NCBI GenBank assembly: GCA_964502605.1
Contig: CAZCXK010000003.1
Coordinates: 19,476-83,475, forward strand
Reading direction: 5' to 3'
DNA: 64,000 nt
DNA from: an uncultured bacterium
GTDB lineage: Bacteria > Cyanobacteriota > Cyanobacteriia > CAZCXK01
Shown: piece after piece, positions 27,001 to 36,061 of the stretch
Numbering within the stretch: position 1 is the stretch's first letter
How the letters are laid out: every line of letters starts with the position of its first letter
The notes under the pieces: generated by a model
The model's database searches: none
What the model saw: the letters and a program-made list of their open reading frames with translations, nothing else
Told to the model about the DNA's origin: nothing
Translations under genes and position numbers: made by a program

Positions 27001-28401
27001 ATTCACAACATAGGCAACCAGATATTTGCCTCCCAAAGTATCGTCTCTGGCCACAACGATGGCCTCTTGCACAGCAGCATGTTGCGCTAGAACTAGTTCA
27101 ATTTCTCGCAGCTCAACGCGAAAGCCACGAATTTTTTCCTGGCGATCGCCCCGATCTAGAAACTCTAGATGCCCATCAGAGCGAGATCGCACCCGATCGC
27201 CAGTCTTATAAAGACGAACTGGAAGGTTGCCATGTAAACTCACAAACACAAACTGTTTGGCCGTCAGCTGCGGACAATTGAGATAGCCCCGAGCCAAACC
27301 GGCTCCGCCAATGTAGAGATCGCCAATTTCACCAGGACGAACGGGTCGTCTATCTACATTCAGAACATAGGTTTGAATATTGGAGAGCGGCAACCCAATT
27401 GGCACTAGTTCAGTATCAACAGCAACGGCATTGGAGCCAACTAAGTCGCAGCAGGTTGCAATCACTGTCGATTCGGTGGGGCCATAGGCATTGATCAGCC
27501 TTACCTGAGGGCTCACATAGGCCTTCCACAGGTCTAGCCATCGAGGCAGTGCTCGTTCTCCACCAATCAACACCAAACGAATCGTAGATGGAAAAGGGAT
27601 AGTTGTTAAGCCACCACACAGTTTGTGCCAGAAAGCTGTTGATAGGTCTAATACCGTTAGTTTTAAAGTATCGCACGCACTGAAAAAAGCAGACACAGAA
27701 TGGAGCATATCAGGAGAACGCAGCACAAGTGTCGCCCCTTGTGTCAGAGTAATGAAAATTTCCTCAACTGCGTGATCAAAACTAATTGACGAAAATTGTA
27801 AGACGCGATCGCCCGCTACAACCCCATAGGCATCTCCTGCGGCTTGGGCAAAATTGACCAAGGCTCGATGTTCAATCATCACGCCTTTGGGCCTGCCAGT
27901 GGAGCCTGAAGTATAAATAACATAGGCCAGATTGTCGGGAATTGCCAGCGGTTCAGGGTTTTGCGCGGGTTCTTGAGCAATGCGCTCCCCATCAGTTTCT
28001 AAACAAACAACCTTAGTTGGATACGCTGAAAACCATGAAGCCAAAGGATGCTGGCACAACATCACTGCAACTTGTGAATCACCCAGCATCACGGCTAAGC
28101 GTTCTTCAGGATAGTCAGGATCAAAGGGCACATATGCGCCACCCGCTTTGAGAATGGCTAGCACCCCTACAATCATGGCAGGCGATCGCTCAAAATGGAG
28201 ACCAACCAACACCTCTGGAGCAACATTTAATCGTCGCAAATAGTGAGCCAGACGATTAGCCTGCTGGTTTAACTCATCATAAGTCAGATGCGTATTACCG
28301 GAAATTAGGGCGATTGCATCGGGAGTTTCAGAAACCGTTGCTTCAAACCATTCGTGAATGCAAAAACTGTAATCCTTCGTAGGATGGGAGAAGATAGACA
28401 T
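24097..28401 (-). CDS. Single-module non-ribosomal peptide synthetase-like enzyme: adenylation domain with embedded SAM-methyltransferase, then PCP, then a C-terminal thioester reductase (A(MT)-T-R)
   Basis: A-domain core motifs YTSGSTGRPKG (A3), NAYGPTESTV (A5), GEIGDLYIGGAGLARGY (A6), YKTGD (A7) and GRxDxQxKIRGFRVEL (A8). An inserted methyltransferase carries VLEIGCGTGLLL. Motifs A9/A10 follow (LPAYMVPSAFV...NGKID), then PCP (FFELGGNSLRLMEL) and a reductase Rossmann motif (LLTGATGFIGAAIL) in an SDR-like domain. Confidence 0.85.
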   Translation of the reverse strand: MSIFSHPTKDYSFCIHEWFEATVSETPDAIALISGNTHLTYDELNQQANRLAHYLRRLNVAPEVLVGLHFERSPAMIVGVLAILKAGGAYVPFDPDYPEERLAVMLGDSQVAVMLCQHPLASWFSAYPTKVVCLETDGERIAQEPAQNPEPLAIPDNLAYVIYTSGSTGRPKGVMIEHRALVNFAQAAGDAYGVVAGDRVLQFSSISFDHAVEEIFITLTQGATLVLRSPDMLHSVSAFFSACDTLKLTVLDLSTAFWHKLCGGLTTIPFPSTIRLVLIGGERALPRWLDLWKAYVSPQVRLINAYGPTESTVIATCCDLVGSNAVAVDTELVPIGLPLSNIQTYVLNVDRRPVRPGEIGDLYIGGAGLARGYLNCPQLTAKQFVFVSLHGNLPVRLYKTGDRVRSRSDGHLEFLDRGDRQEKIRGFRVELREIELVLAQHAAVQEAIVVARDDTLGGKYLVAYVVNALTDRKHLNEAGLSQLEAEQIKQWRFIHSDDYLNPAKSGWDGTFNISGWMSSYTEALIPDCEMHEWVNHTVERILTYRPQQVLEIGCGTGLLLFRIAPSCLRYVGIDFSTAALEYVNQQLNHPSVNLPQVVLEQRMADRLEGLEPQSFDTVIINSVIQYFPSVAYLLRVIKQAVELVKPGGVIFIGDIRNYVLQETFAASVELFQAPDDMSTDVLRDRIQKRLDQEGELTLDPEFFSALQQHLPQVSQVQVLLKRGEFENELTQFRYDAILRIDAELLIPEEYPWLDWQQHQLTVPALHHLLNGECPPPVLGIHKVPNARVLAAVWALQMLRQEACPITVGELRQALTHQTSSKGVNPEDLWHRLGEVPYDVTLSWAAGGVEGSYDVLIKRRSPLDGDVQLLPIASLSPQSCRTQRSWQSYANNPLQEKAAHYLSRELRSYLLQQLPAYMVPSAFVTLDSVPLTPNGKIDFQALPTPGQVRPDLDVDFVAPTTPLEQDLSMIWSTVLEIEAIGLHDNFFELGGNSLRLMELVSHVEQTHQVSLSLEEFFHRPTISGLAQQIQSPAVSAIPKQVTLLQLQAEATLDFTLKAKVADQTHWTVPQSVLLTGATGFIGAAILLELLQQTDATIYCLIRAQNLTEAYQKLRQTAQKYKLDLNPFYSRIIPVVGNLAQPLFGLPRNTFQTLATTVDVVYHSGANVNLVLPYAALKAVNVVGTRSILAFANHGKLKPIHFMSTLDVFEARMAISDATIYEHEAIAQGEKITGGYAQSKWVAEQLVSRAGEAGLPICIYRLGMISGSQASGICNPDDVLWRLLKSFLELKVAPKLDFKVDMTPVDYVSQATVYLSRQPTSFRQSFHLVNPQPIVFDHVVHQMNRLGYAVEQVPYQHWKALIQTHDSALGPLAQMITDPGSISKQQLGRLEGWLSGSQIFDCQQTLTALRGSGIVCPNVDETLVHKYLLSMIGTTF

Positions 28402-28763
28402 GCAATCTAGTTGTCTCTCATCGAGACTCGATATATTAGCACCGCTGACATCTCAGTGTAATACCAAATTACAGACTTGGTGTCTGCTTCTAGCAGCTAT
28501 TGAGAGTCTTTCATTCTAAACTGCCTAATTAACGAGATGTTTCAACAGTTCCTGCACTCGCTTTTGCATCACGATCAGATGCAAACAGATCCCAATCACC
28601 CGAACTGACTTGACATCATTGGGCATCCAGCGCTCGTCTGAGCAGGTCTTAAATCTTTCCACCATTCCAACGACCGACATAGATGAGTATTGCGTCGATC
28701 TGAATCAGCACGCCCTGGCCAAAATTTTTGGTGTCATAGTATTAAGATTATTTACATTCGGTC

Positions 28764-28948
28764 TGTGGAAAAGCACCTATTCTCTGTGGAGAACTGGTGA
28801 ACAGGCCAGGGAAAACCTTTAAACTCAAGGGGGAAAGTTCTCATGAGTATTTATACTCTGTGAGAAACTCAATCAGTTATCCCCATGTTTTCCACAGGCT
28901 ACATGCGTTGTGATTTCCTTTCCGAAACTGATCCCCCACTTTTCCACA
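28764..28948. promoter_or_regulatory. Cluster of DnaA boxes (TTTTCCACA type) upstream of dnaN; candidate chromosomal replication origin core
   Basis: Two perfect TTTTCCACA boxes at 28888-28896 and 28940-28948. One perfect reverse box TGTGGAAAA at 28764-28772 and a one-mismatch reverse box TGTGGAGAA at 28785-28793. A 90-nt AT-rich stretch (28961-29050) follows before dnaN. Confidence 0.55.
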
Positions 28949-29182
28949 GTTTCCCCAGGCTCTACTACTACTCTTACTTTTAAATAGATTTTAAAGATTC
29001 CTTAGCTTTACAAACCAGATTTAGCAAAATTGAACCTTTTTTTCAGGAGTGATAGGATCTCGTTCCAGGCTGATTCATTGCATCAGTGCAACTCCACTGG
29101 TCTCCGATTGTCATCATCGAGCTGGGGGCGCTACGGATTCACCTGTTTCTCCGTGCTATTGTTTCATTGGTTTCTGAGCATT

Positions 29183-30364
29183 ATGAAATTCACCTGTGCC
29201 CAAAGTGAACTCAACACTCATCTTTCGCTTGTGAGTCGGGCGGTGCCCTCGCGCCCTAGCCATCCTGTTTTAGCTAACGTATTGCTCCGAGCAGACGAAA
29301 AAAAACAGCGCGTTAGTCTAACAGGGTTTGACTTGAGTTTGGGAGTTCAAACTAGTTTTCCTGCTGAGATTGAGTCAGGAGGCGATTTGACTCTTCCAGC
29401 TAAGCTATTGGGAGATATTGTTTCGCACCTATCTGAGGGAAACATCACCTTGAATGATGACGCTGGAGCGGCGATGGTCACGCTGACGTCTTCTTCTGGT
29501 CACTACCAGATTAGAGGTTTAGCAGCTGATGAATTTCCAGAACTCCCCATGATTGAAGATGGAGCTGTGGCCTACGTGTCTGTCGATGCGTTGCTAGATG
29601 GGTTGAAAGGTGCTTTGTTTGCGTCCAGTACTGACGAAACTAAGCAGGTTTTGACGGGTGTGCATCTGATGAGTGAGTCAGATAGCCTGGAATTTGCTGC
29701 GACGGATGGGCATCGGTTAGCCGTTGTCCAGACGCTTAATGTCCGAGATGACGAAGCTACACCTCCTGCATCGGCCAATGAAATGGCCAATGAGGCGAGT
29801 CAGGTTGCGGCACTCAATGTGACAGTACCTGGAAAGGCGCTACGTGAACTGGAGCGAATGTTGCAGATTCACCCGGCTTCAGAGGCGATCGCCCTTCAGT
29901 TTGATCCGAGTCAACTTGTGATTGAATGGGCTAATCAGCGGCTGACAAGCCGCCTATTAGAAGGTCAATATCCCAACTATCGGCAGCTGGTGCCCAAGCA
30001 GTTTTCTCGGCAAATGACAGTGGAGCGGCGATTGTTTATTAGTGCCCTCGATCGCATTGCAGTGTTAGCTGATCAAAAGAACGGTATCGTCAAGCTAAGC
30101 TTAGATTCGACTCGGCAAGCTCTTACCTTAAGTGTTGATGCGGCAGATGTAGGTAGTGGCGAAGAATCAGTTTCGGCGCAGATTTCTGGCGATGATTTAG
30201 ATGCGGCATTTAATGTACGGTATCTGTTGGACGGCCTCAAGGCGTTTAATACATCTGAAGTGCAAATGCAGTTTAATTCATCGACGAGTCCGTCGGTGCT
30301 GACTCCTCTCGGCGGGCTGAAGATTACCTATCTGGTGATGCCTGTTCAAATTAGAGGAAACTAA
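29183..30364 (+). CDS. dnaN: DNA polymerase III beta sliding clamp
   Basis: From ATG 29183: MKFTCAQSELNTHLSLVSRAVPSRPSHPVLANVLL... is the canonical DnaN N-terminus, with three-domain length. The six-frame ORF's upstream extension (29030-29182) is not supported. Confidence 0.85.
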   Translation: MKFTCAQSELNTHLSLVSRAVPSRPSHPVLANVLLRADEKKQRVSLTGFDLSLGVQTSFPAEIESGGDLTLPAKLLGDIVSHLSEGNITLNDDAGAAMVTLTSSSGHYQIRGLAADEFPELPMIEDGAVAYVSVDALLDGLKGALFASSTDETKQVLTGVHLMSESDSLEFAATDGHRLAVVQTLNVRDDEATPPASANEMANEASQVAALNVTVPGKALRELERMLQIHPASEAIALQFDPSQLVIEWANQRLTSRLLEGQYPNYRQLVPKQFSRQMTVERRLFISALDRIAVLADQKNGIVKLSLDSTRQALTLSVDAADVGSGEESVSAQISGDDLDAAFNVRYLLDGLKAFNTSEVQMQFNSSTSPSVLTPLGGLKITYLVMPVQIRGN

Positions 30365-30578
30365 TCCTGTCAATCGATGTGTCAAGTGCCGGTTTGCTGC
30401 TGAAATCAACGGTAAGTCTGAGTAACGAGCGTCGTGTATGCAGTGCCCTAGCTCAACCTTGCCAGGTGCGATCGCCACCCCATCATCCAAAGCGGCTAAA
30501 ACAGATCAAATTTAAAACTGACTTAGGATGGTGCGATCGCAGTCGCATAAAGAGATAACGTGGTGTTTGCTTCCAGCG

Positions 30579-32153
30579 TTAACTACGGTGCCAGTCGGTG
30601 ATGCCTCCGGGTTTATCGATCAGGGTGATGCCCTGGGCTGTGAGTTCATTGCGAATGCGGTCAGCTTCGGCAAAGTTTTTGGCTTGCTTGGCTACCTGGC
30701 GTTGTTGAATCAGAGCCTGAACCTTTTGATCGCTGTATCTAATGTCTGTGTTAGCGTCAGCAGAGGATTGACCTGTAACCGCTGCGGACATAGTGACAAA
30801 TTTACTACCTTTTAATCCAAGGACTTCTGCCAGGACAACGAGTGTTTGCCATTCGGTTCGCAAAGCCTGCGAACCCTTCGTTGTGTCTCCTTGATGGGTG
30901 ATCAAATTTCCAGCTTTTCGTAAATCTTTGGCGAGTTCAAACAGAACGGAGATCGCCCCAGGAGTGTTGAAATCATCGTTCATGGCCAGGGTAAACTGCT
31001 GTACGGCCTCACTCTCAGATGGAATTCGCATGAATTCTGGGTTGCCAAATGATTCGTCGTCGGTGTCGCTCCAGCCTAGACCTTTACCATGCTTATAGCC
31101 AAATTGCAGCCCCTCTTGCAGGGTTGCCCAACTGTTGGTGGCCGAGGCGATCGCCTCATCTGTAAAATCCATGGGTTTGCGATAGTGGGCTTGCAGCACA
31201 AAGAGCCGCAGCGCCATGGGGTGAATGCCAGATGCTAAGAAAGCCCGAATGGTGGTGAAGTTGCCGAGGGATTTCGACATTTTTTCTCCGCCCACATTGA
31301 CCATGCCGTTATGCATCCAGTAAGTCGCCAGCGGTTTACCCGTTGCTGCTTCTGATTGGGCAATTTCATTCTCATGATGCGGGAATACTAGGTCGCCACC
31401 GCCGACATGAATATCGATGCTGTCACCGAGGTGGTCATTGCCCTGGGAGGTGCCAAATGCCTCTCGAATCATGGCCGAGCATTCGATGTGCCAACCCGGA
31501 CGGCCCGCTCCCCAAGGAGAGTCCCAGGACGGTTCGCCGGGGCGAGCTGCTTTCCAAAGCGCAAAGTCAAATGGGTCTTTCTTTTTGGGAGCAGTTGAGT
31601 CGGCCTCAAGCCGCCCACTAGCTCCTGCTTGCAGGTCGTCGAGTTGGCGTCCTGATAGTCGCCCATAGGCCGGAAAGCTTCGCACTGCATAATAAACATC
31701 TCCACTGGCCGGATAGGCGACGCCTTTCTGCTCTAGCTCATGAATCAGGCGCTGGATGCCGTTGATGGTGTGCGTGGCGCGGGGATAGTCGTCGGCGTCG
31801 CGGATGTTGAGCTGCGCCATATCTTCAAAGTAGGCGTCGGTATATTTTTGGGCGATCGCCTCCATGGTCGAGCCTTCTTGCATGGCTCGATTCAAGATTT
31901 TGTCGTCGATATCGGTGAAGTTTTGTACATAGCGCACGGCATAGCCACTCCATTCGAGATAGCGCCGCACCGTATCCCAGATGATATAGGATCGTGCATG
32001 GCCGAGATGGCAGTAGTCGTAGACGGTGACTCCGCAGCAATACATCTTGACATGCCCCGGCACAAGCGGCACAAGCGGCTCTTTCTGACGGGTTAAGGTA
32101 TTGTAAAGACGCAAGGATGTTGGGGATTGGATATTGCGTGGGTCGCTGCTCAT
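30579..32153 (-). CDS. cysS: Cysteinyl-tRNA synthetase
   Basis: HLGHARSYIIWDTVRRYLEW (HIGH region) and KMSKSLGN (KMSKS). The zinc-binding Cys context is present. The true start is possibly a TTG a few codons in (LRLYNTLTRQKE). Confidence 0.9.
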   Translation of the reverse strand: MSSDPRNIQSPTSLRLYNTLTRQKEPLVPLVPGHVKMYCCGVTVYDYCHLGHARSYIIWDTVRRYLEWSGYAVRYVQNFTDIDDKILNRAMQEGSTMEAIAQKYTDAYFEDMAQLNIRDADDYPRATHTINGIQRLIHELEQKGVAYPASGDVYYAVRSFPAYGRLSGRQLDDLQAGASGRLEADSTAPKKKDPFDFALWKAARPGEPSWDSPWGAGRPGWHIECSAMIREAFGTSQGNDHLGDSIDIHVGGGDLVFPHHENEIAQSEAATGKPLATYWMHNGMVNVGGEKMSKSLGNFTTIRAFLASGIHPMALRLFVLQAHYRKPMDFTDEAIASATNSWATLQEGLQFGYKHGKGLGWSDTDDESFGNPEFMRIPSESEAVQQFTLAMNDDFNTPGAISVLFELAKDLRKAGNLITHQGDTTKGSQALRTEWQTLVVLAEVLGLKGSKFVTMSAAVTGQSSADANTDIRYSDQKVQALIQQRQVAKQAKNFAEADRIRNELTAQGITLIDKPGGITDWHRS

Positions 32154-32227
32154 GGCTTCGGTGCAGGTGCTGCTCTTGCCTTTTACTATGCCATGAAATC
32201 AAGGCTTCTCAATGGGTGTCTGGATCG

Positions 32228-33367
32228 CTAAGCGTTTGCAGCGATGAGCGCATAGACGTGCTGGGCGGTGGCTGGCGCGAGTAAGACGCCGTTGCGATAA
32301 TGCCCCGTTGCCAGAATGACGTGGGGATAGTCTGGCAACGGCTCGATAATCGGAGCTGACCGATTCCATGGGCGAGGCCGCAACCCTGACCACTGATAGA
32401 CTCGGTTGGCAGTTTTCAGGGGAGGACACATGGCGATCGCCCCAGCCAACACGGTTTCCAATTGAGTATCGTCTGCGGTAATCACATTGCCTTCGTCTGG
32501 AAACTCAACAGTGGCCCCGACCCAATAGTCGCGATCGCCCAAAGGCACAATATGAACATCATGGCCGCTAATAACTGGGTGAAACTGGGATAACCCCATG
32601 GGGTGCTCAACCTGAAGATGAATGGCCTGCCCCAAGACTGGGCGAATATCAATTGGATGATTGGCGTGCTGAGATAGGGGAGCCGCACCTAACCCTGCTG
32701 CCATGATTACCCAGTCGGCAATCAGCTCGTGCTCGTGATGGCACGATGTTAAATAGCGAAGGGTTGGATAGGTTTGAGTTGCATGGGGTGCTGATGCCGC
32801 ATCTAGCGGCTGCACCTCGGCGTTGAAGTGAAACGTAACGCCGTTTTGTTGGGCGGCTTTGACGAGCGCGTGGGTCAACGCAACTGGATGAATTTGCCGA
32901 TCGTGGGGTGAATAGACGGCACCCGTAATCGCCTGATCATCAAGTGAGTCGCCGATATATGGGCAGCGATCGCCCAGTTCAGATCGAGTCCACAGGTGCA
33001 GATCCCAGCCTTGAGTCTGGCGCAGTGCCCTCAGTCGCTGCCATTTGCCTGGGTCATCATGTTCACCTAACAGCATGACAATGCCATCCCGGTTGGCGGG
33101 AATGCGATCGCCCGTCTGAGCCTCAAGTTCAGGAATCAGCTCAGCATATCGGCGCAGACTGGTTTCTCTCAAGCTCCAGGCGCGACCTTTGGTTTTATGG
33201 CTGACCACCCCCATCAAGACGCCCAGAGCTGCCCCTGTTGACTCATGAGCTGGAGACTGGCGATCGAGCACCGTAACCTGGAGAGACTCTATGCGGCTAA
33301 GCTCATAGGCGATTGTTGCGCCAATGATACCGCAGCCCACAATCACGATCTGGTTCCTACCCATCAC
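32228..33367 (-). CDS. FAD-dependent oxidoreductase of the glycine-oxidase (ThiO) / D-amino-acid-oxidase family
   Basis: The N-terminus IVIVGCGIIGATIAYELS matches the GxGxxG dinucleotide fold. The C-terminal [16 protein letters not shown] is nearly identical to the corresponding segment of the ThiO half of the thiO-thiG fusion at 56804..58861. Confidence 0.65.
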   Translation of the reverse strand: MMGRNQIVIVGCGIIGATIAYELSRIESLQVTVLDRQSPAHESTGAALGVLMGVVSHKTKGRAWSLRETSLRRYAELIPELEAQTGDRIPANRDGIVMLLGEHDDPGKWQRLRALRQTQGWDLHLWTRSELGDRCPYIGDSLDDQAITGAVYSPHDRQIHPVALTHALVKAAQQNGVTFHFNAEVQPLDAASAPHATQTYPTLRYLTSCHHEHELIADWVIMAAGLGAAPLSQHANHPIDIRPVLGQAIHLQVEHPMGLSQFHPVISGHDVHIVPLGDRDYWVGATVEFPDEGNVITADDTQLETVLAGAIAMCPPLKTANRVYQWSGLRPRPWNRSAPIIEPLPDYPHVILATGHYRNGVLLAPATAQHVYALIAANA

Positions 33368-33453
33368 GCTCTATATCCCATAACAAACTCATGCCCGCCA
33401 GTAAGATGCGAGACGGTGATCCCAGAAATTAATGTGAAATGCTGACCTGAGAG

Positions 33454-34428
33454 CTATTCCTGGCTGCCGCTATCAGACGGAGATGACCCGCCATCGGGTT
33501 GCGGTTCGCCTTCAAAGAAGAACTGAGTGCCCGCATCGAGATCGCCAATGCGCCCTGGTGGCCAAAATCTAACCGCAGCGCGCCCGATAATGTTTTCGCG
33601 CGGGACAAATCCCCAAAAATGGCTATCGTAGCTATTGTTACGATTGTCTCCTAACACCAGATAGGAGTCATCTGGCACGACCTCTGGCCCCCACTGGTAT
33701 TCAGGCTCATCAAAGATATAGTTTTCTCGCAGTGGCTGATCATTGACGTAGACGCGCCCGCCCTGAACCTCAATAGTTTCACCTGGGAGGCCGATAATGC
33801 GCTTGATAAACGCATCTTTTAAGCTGGGGTTTTCCTCTTTCAGGCGCTCAGTGGGCCAGAAGACCACAATATCTCCGCGCTGGGGAGCATCAAAGCGATA
33901 GGTGACTTTTTCGACAATCAGGCGATCGTTGATCTCTAGAGTGGGTAGCATCGACTCCGATGGAATGTAGCGTGCCTCGGCGACAAAATGCCGAATGCCC
34001 AGCGCTAGAATGGCACTGAGTCCAACAACTTGAAGCCCCTCTAACCAAGGGTTTTCCCCGGACTTAGCAGCGGTTTCATGAGCCGTGGGTGTCGGCAGAG
34101 TTTCGGTTGGAGCCCCTACCTGTGGCAATGGTGACGAGCTGGGCGAGTCGTGAGCTGTGTTGGCCTCAGATGATGCTTGTAGGGAGTTAGAGACAGCCAA
34201 TTCAGGATCTACCTCTGACGCTGCAGTCTGAATTGGCTGATCTGATTCAATAGTGGAGTTGGCGGGGGAGTCGGCATTCTGCACGGCCTCATCCTGATGG
34301 TTTGGCAGAATTATTGCCGCTTCTGATGTGGGGTCAGAAGCGGGTGAGCCCTCAGCGTGAGTCGTTTCAGGGTTGAGATCGGGATTTTCTTCGAAGTTGT
34401 TAGGCACTGACTGATGTCCAAGACTCAT
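33454..34428 (-). CDS. lepB: Signal peptidase I (S26 family) with a disordered N-terminal extension of about 120 aa
   Basis: Catalytic Ser in IPSESMLPTL and Lys region (INDRLIVEK), plus GDNRNNSYDSHFWGFVP (box E). The N-terminal 120 aa are Ser/Pro/Glu/Ala-rich low complexity. Confidence 0.8.
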   Translation of the reverse strand: MSLGHQSVPNNFEENPDLNPETTHAEGSPASDPTSEAAIILPNHQDEAVQNADSPANSTIESDQPIQTAASEVDPELAVSNSLQASSEANTAHDSPSSSPLPQVGAPTETLPTPTAHETAAKSGENPWLEGLQVVGLSAILALGIRHFVAEARYIPSESMLPTLEINDRLIVEKVTYRFDAPQRGDIVVFWPTERLKEENPSLKDAFIKRIIGLPGETIEVQGGRVYVNDQPLRENYIFDEPEYQWGPEVVPDDSYLVLGDNRNNSYDSHFWGFVPRENIIGRAAVRFWPPGRIGDLDAGTQFFFEGEPQPDGGSSPSDSGSQE

Positions 34429-34596
34429 ATGATGACTATCAAAGGATAGTAGTGCGACTCGGCTAAAAGATACAGAGTATCTTTACTAAAATCAGGAAGC
34501 TGAGTCATGTAGTCAATTCTAGCGAGAGGACGCTGAATTGTTTAGCTAGAGTTGACACCCCTTGTCTCGGTTTACCTTAGCGAGTTGCTCTCAACG

Positions 34597-35928
34597 ATGT
34601 CTACCATGTCTATACTGCTTATTCGTCAAGCTCAAACGCGATTACCCGATGATCAAATTGCTCTCTGCGACGTTGAGATTCGAGATGGCCGCATTGCCAA
34701 TGTGGCGTCTGAGATTACTCTTGAGCCCAATGAAGCCGACTCTGCGCGAGAACTCGATGCCAGAGGGCTGACGCTGTTGCCGGGGGTGATTGATCCACAG
34801 GTTCATTTTCGAGAACCAGGATTGGAGCATAAGGAAGATTTATTCACCGCGAGTTGTGCCTGCGCTAGGGGTGGGGTGACGTCGTTTCTGGAAATGCCCA
34901 ATACCCGACCACTGACGACGACCCAAGCTGCACTCGATGATAAGTTGGCACGGGCGGCGCAGAAGTGTGTGGTCAATTATGGGTTTTTTATTGGGGCGAC
35001 GGCAGACAATCTGGAGGTTTTAAATTCGGCTGCTCCGACGCCAGGGATCAAAATCTTCATGGGGTCATCCCATGGGGCGCTATTGGTCGATGATGCTGAG
35101 GTGCTAGATCACATTTTTGCCCAAGGCGATCGCCTGATTGCCGTTCATGCCGAAGATCAGGCGCGCATTCGGCAGCGCCGCCAGGAATTTGCAGGCATCA
35201 CTGATCCGGTAATTCACTCGACGATTCAAGACAATCAGGCGGCATTGCTGGCCACCCAACTGGCTCTGTCGCTGTCTAAGAAATATCAGCGACGGCTGCA
35301 TATCTTGCATCTGTCTACTGCTGATGAAGCCGAGTTGTTGCGACATGACAAGCCTGCCTGGGTGACGGCTGAGGTTACCCCGCAGCACTTGCTGCTCAAT
35401 ACGAATGCCTATGCTCAGATTGGCACGCTGGCGCAGATGAACCCCCCCTTGCGATCGCCCCACGATAATGACGTGCTATGGCAAGCTCTGCTAGATGGGG
35501 TGATTGATTTTATTGCAACTGACCATGCGCCTCACACCCTAGAGGAGAAGGCCAAGGGCTATCCGCAGACGCCATCAGGGATGCCTGGTGTCGAAACCTC
35601 GCTGCCGCTGATGTTGACCCAGGCGATGCAGGGGCGCTGCACTGTGCAGCAAGTGTCTCACTGGATGTCTACTGCCGTAGCGCAAGCATACAAAATTCCC
35701 AACAAAGGGGCGATCGCCCCCGGCTATGATGCCGATTTAGTGCTGGTGGATCTCACAACCTACCGCCCCGTGCAACGACAGGAGTTGCTTACCAAATGTG
35801 GCTGGAGCCCGTTTGAAGGCTGGAGCCTGACGGGATATCCGGTCACAACGATTGTGGGGGGGCAGATCGCCTTTGAGCATGGCACAGTCAACTCCCAAGT
35901 TCGTGGTCAGGCGCTGCAGTTTGGCTAA
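34597..35928 (+). CDS. pyrC: Dihydroorotase (cyclic amidohydrolase superfamily; allantoinase/DHOase-like long form)
   Basis: Metal-binding HxH context (DPQVHFREPG), carboxylated-Lys region, and DHAPHT with the catalytic Asp in the C-terminal part. Start chosen at ATG 34597 (MSTMSILL). The six-frame ORF begins at 34552. Confidence 0.7.
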   Translation: MSTMSILLIRQAQTRLPDDQIALCDVEIRDGRIANVASEITLEPNEADSARELDARGLTLLPGVIDPQVHFREPGLEHKEDLFTASCACARGGVTSFLEMPNTRPLTTTQAALDDKLARAAQKCVVNYGFFIGATADNLEVLNSAAPTPGIKIFMGSSHGALLVDDAEVLDHIFAQGDRLIAVHAEDQARIRQRRQEFAGITDPVIHSTIQDNQAALLATQLALSLSKKYQRRLHILHLSTADEAELLRHDKPAWVTAEVTPQHLLLNTNAYAQIGTLAQMNPPLRSPHDNDVLWQALLDGVIDFIATDHAPHTLEEKAKGYPQTPSGMPGVETSLPLMLTQAMQGRCTVQQVSHWMSTAVAQAYKIPNKGAIAPGYDADLVLVDLTTYRPVQRQELLTKCGWSPFEGWSLTGYPVTTIVGGQIAFEHGTVNSQVRGQALQFG

Positions 35929-36061
35929 TGCCAGTTCTTCAGACTTATCATCTATCAAAAATCGATAGGGGCACAGCACACTGCGTCTCCCTTGGAGGCA
36001 TACCTTGTCCATACAACTGCTATCACCCCGAATGATTAGAGAGTTGGACGGCGTCAACCCT

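Noticed and set aside
29030-29182. N-terminal 51-aa extension of the dnaN ORF in the six-frame track
   Set aside because: The canonical DnaN N-terminus (MKFTCAQSEL...) starts at ATG 29183. The extension overlaps the AT-rich origin-like element and has no homology signal.
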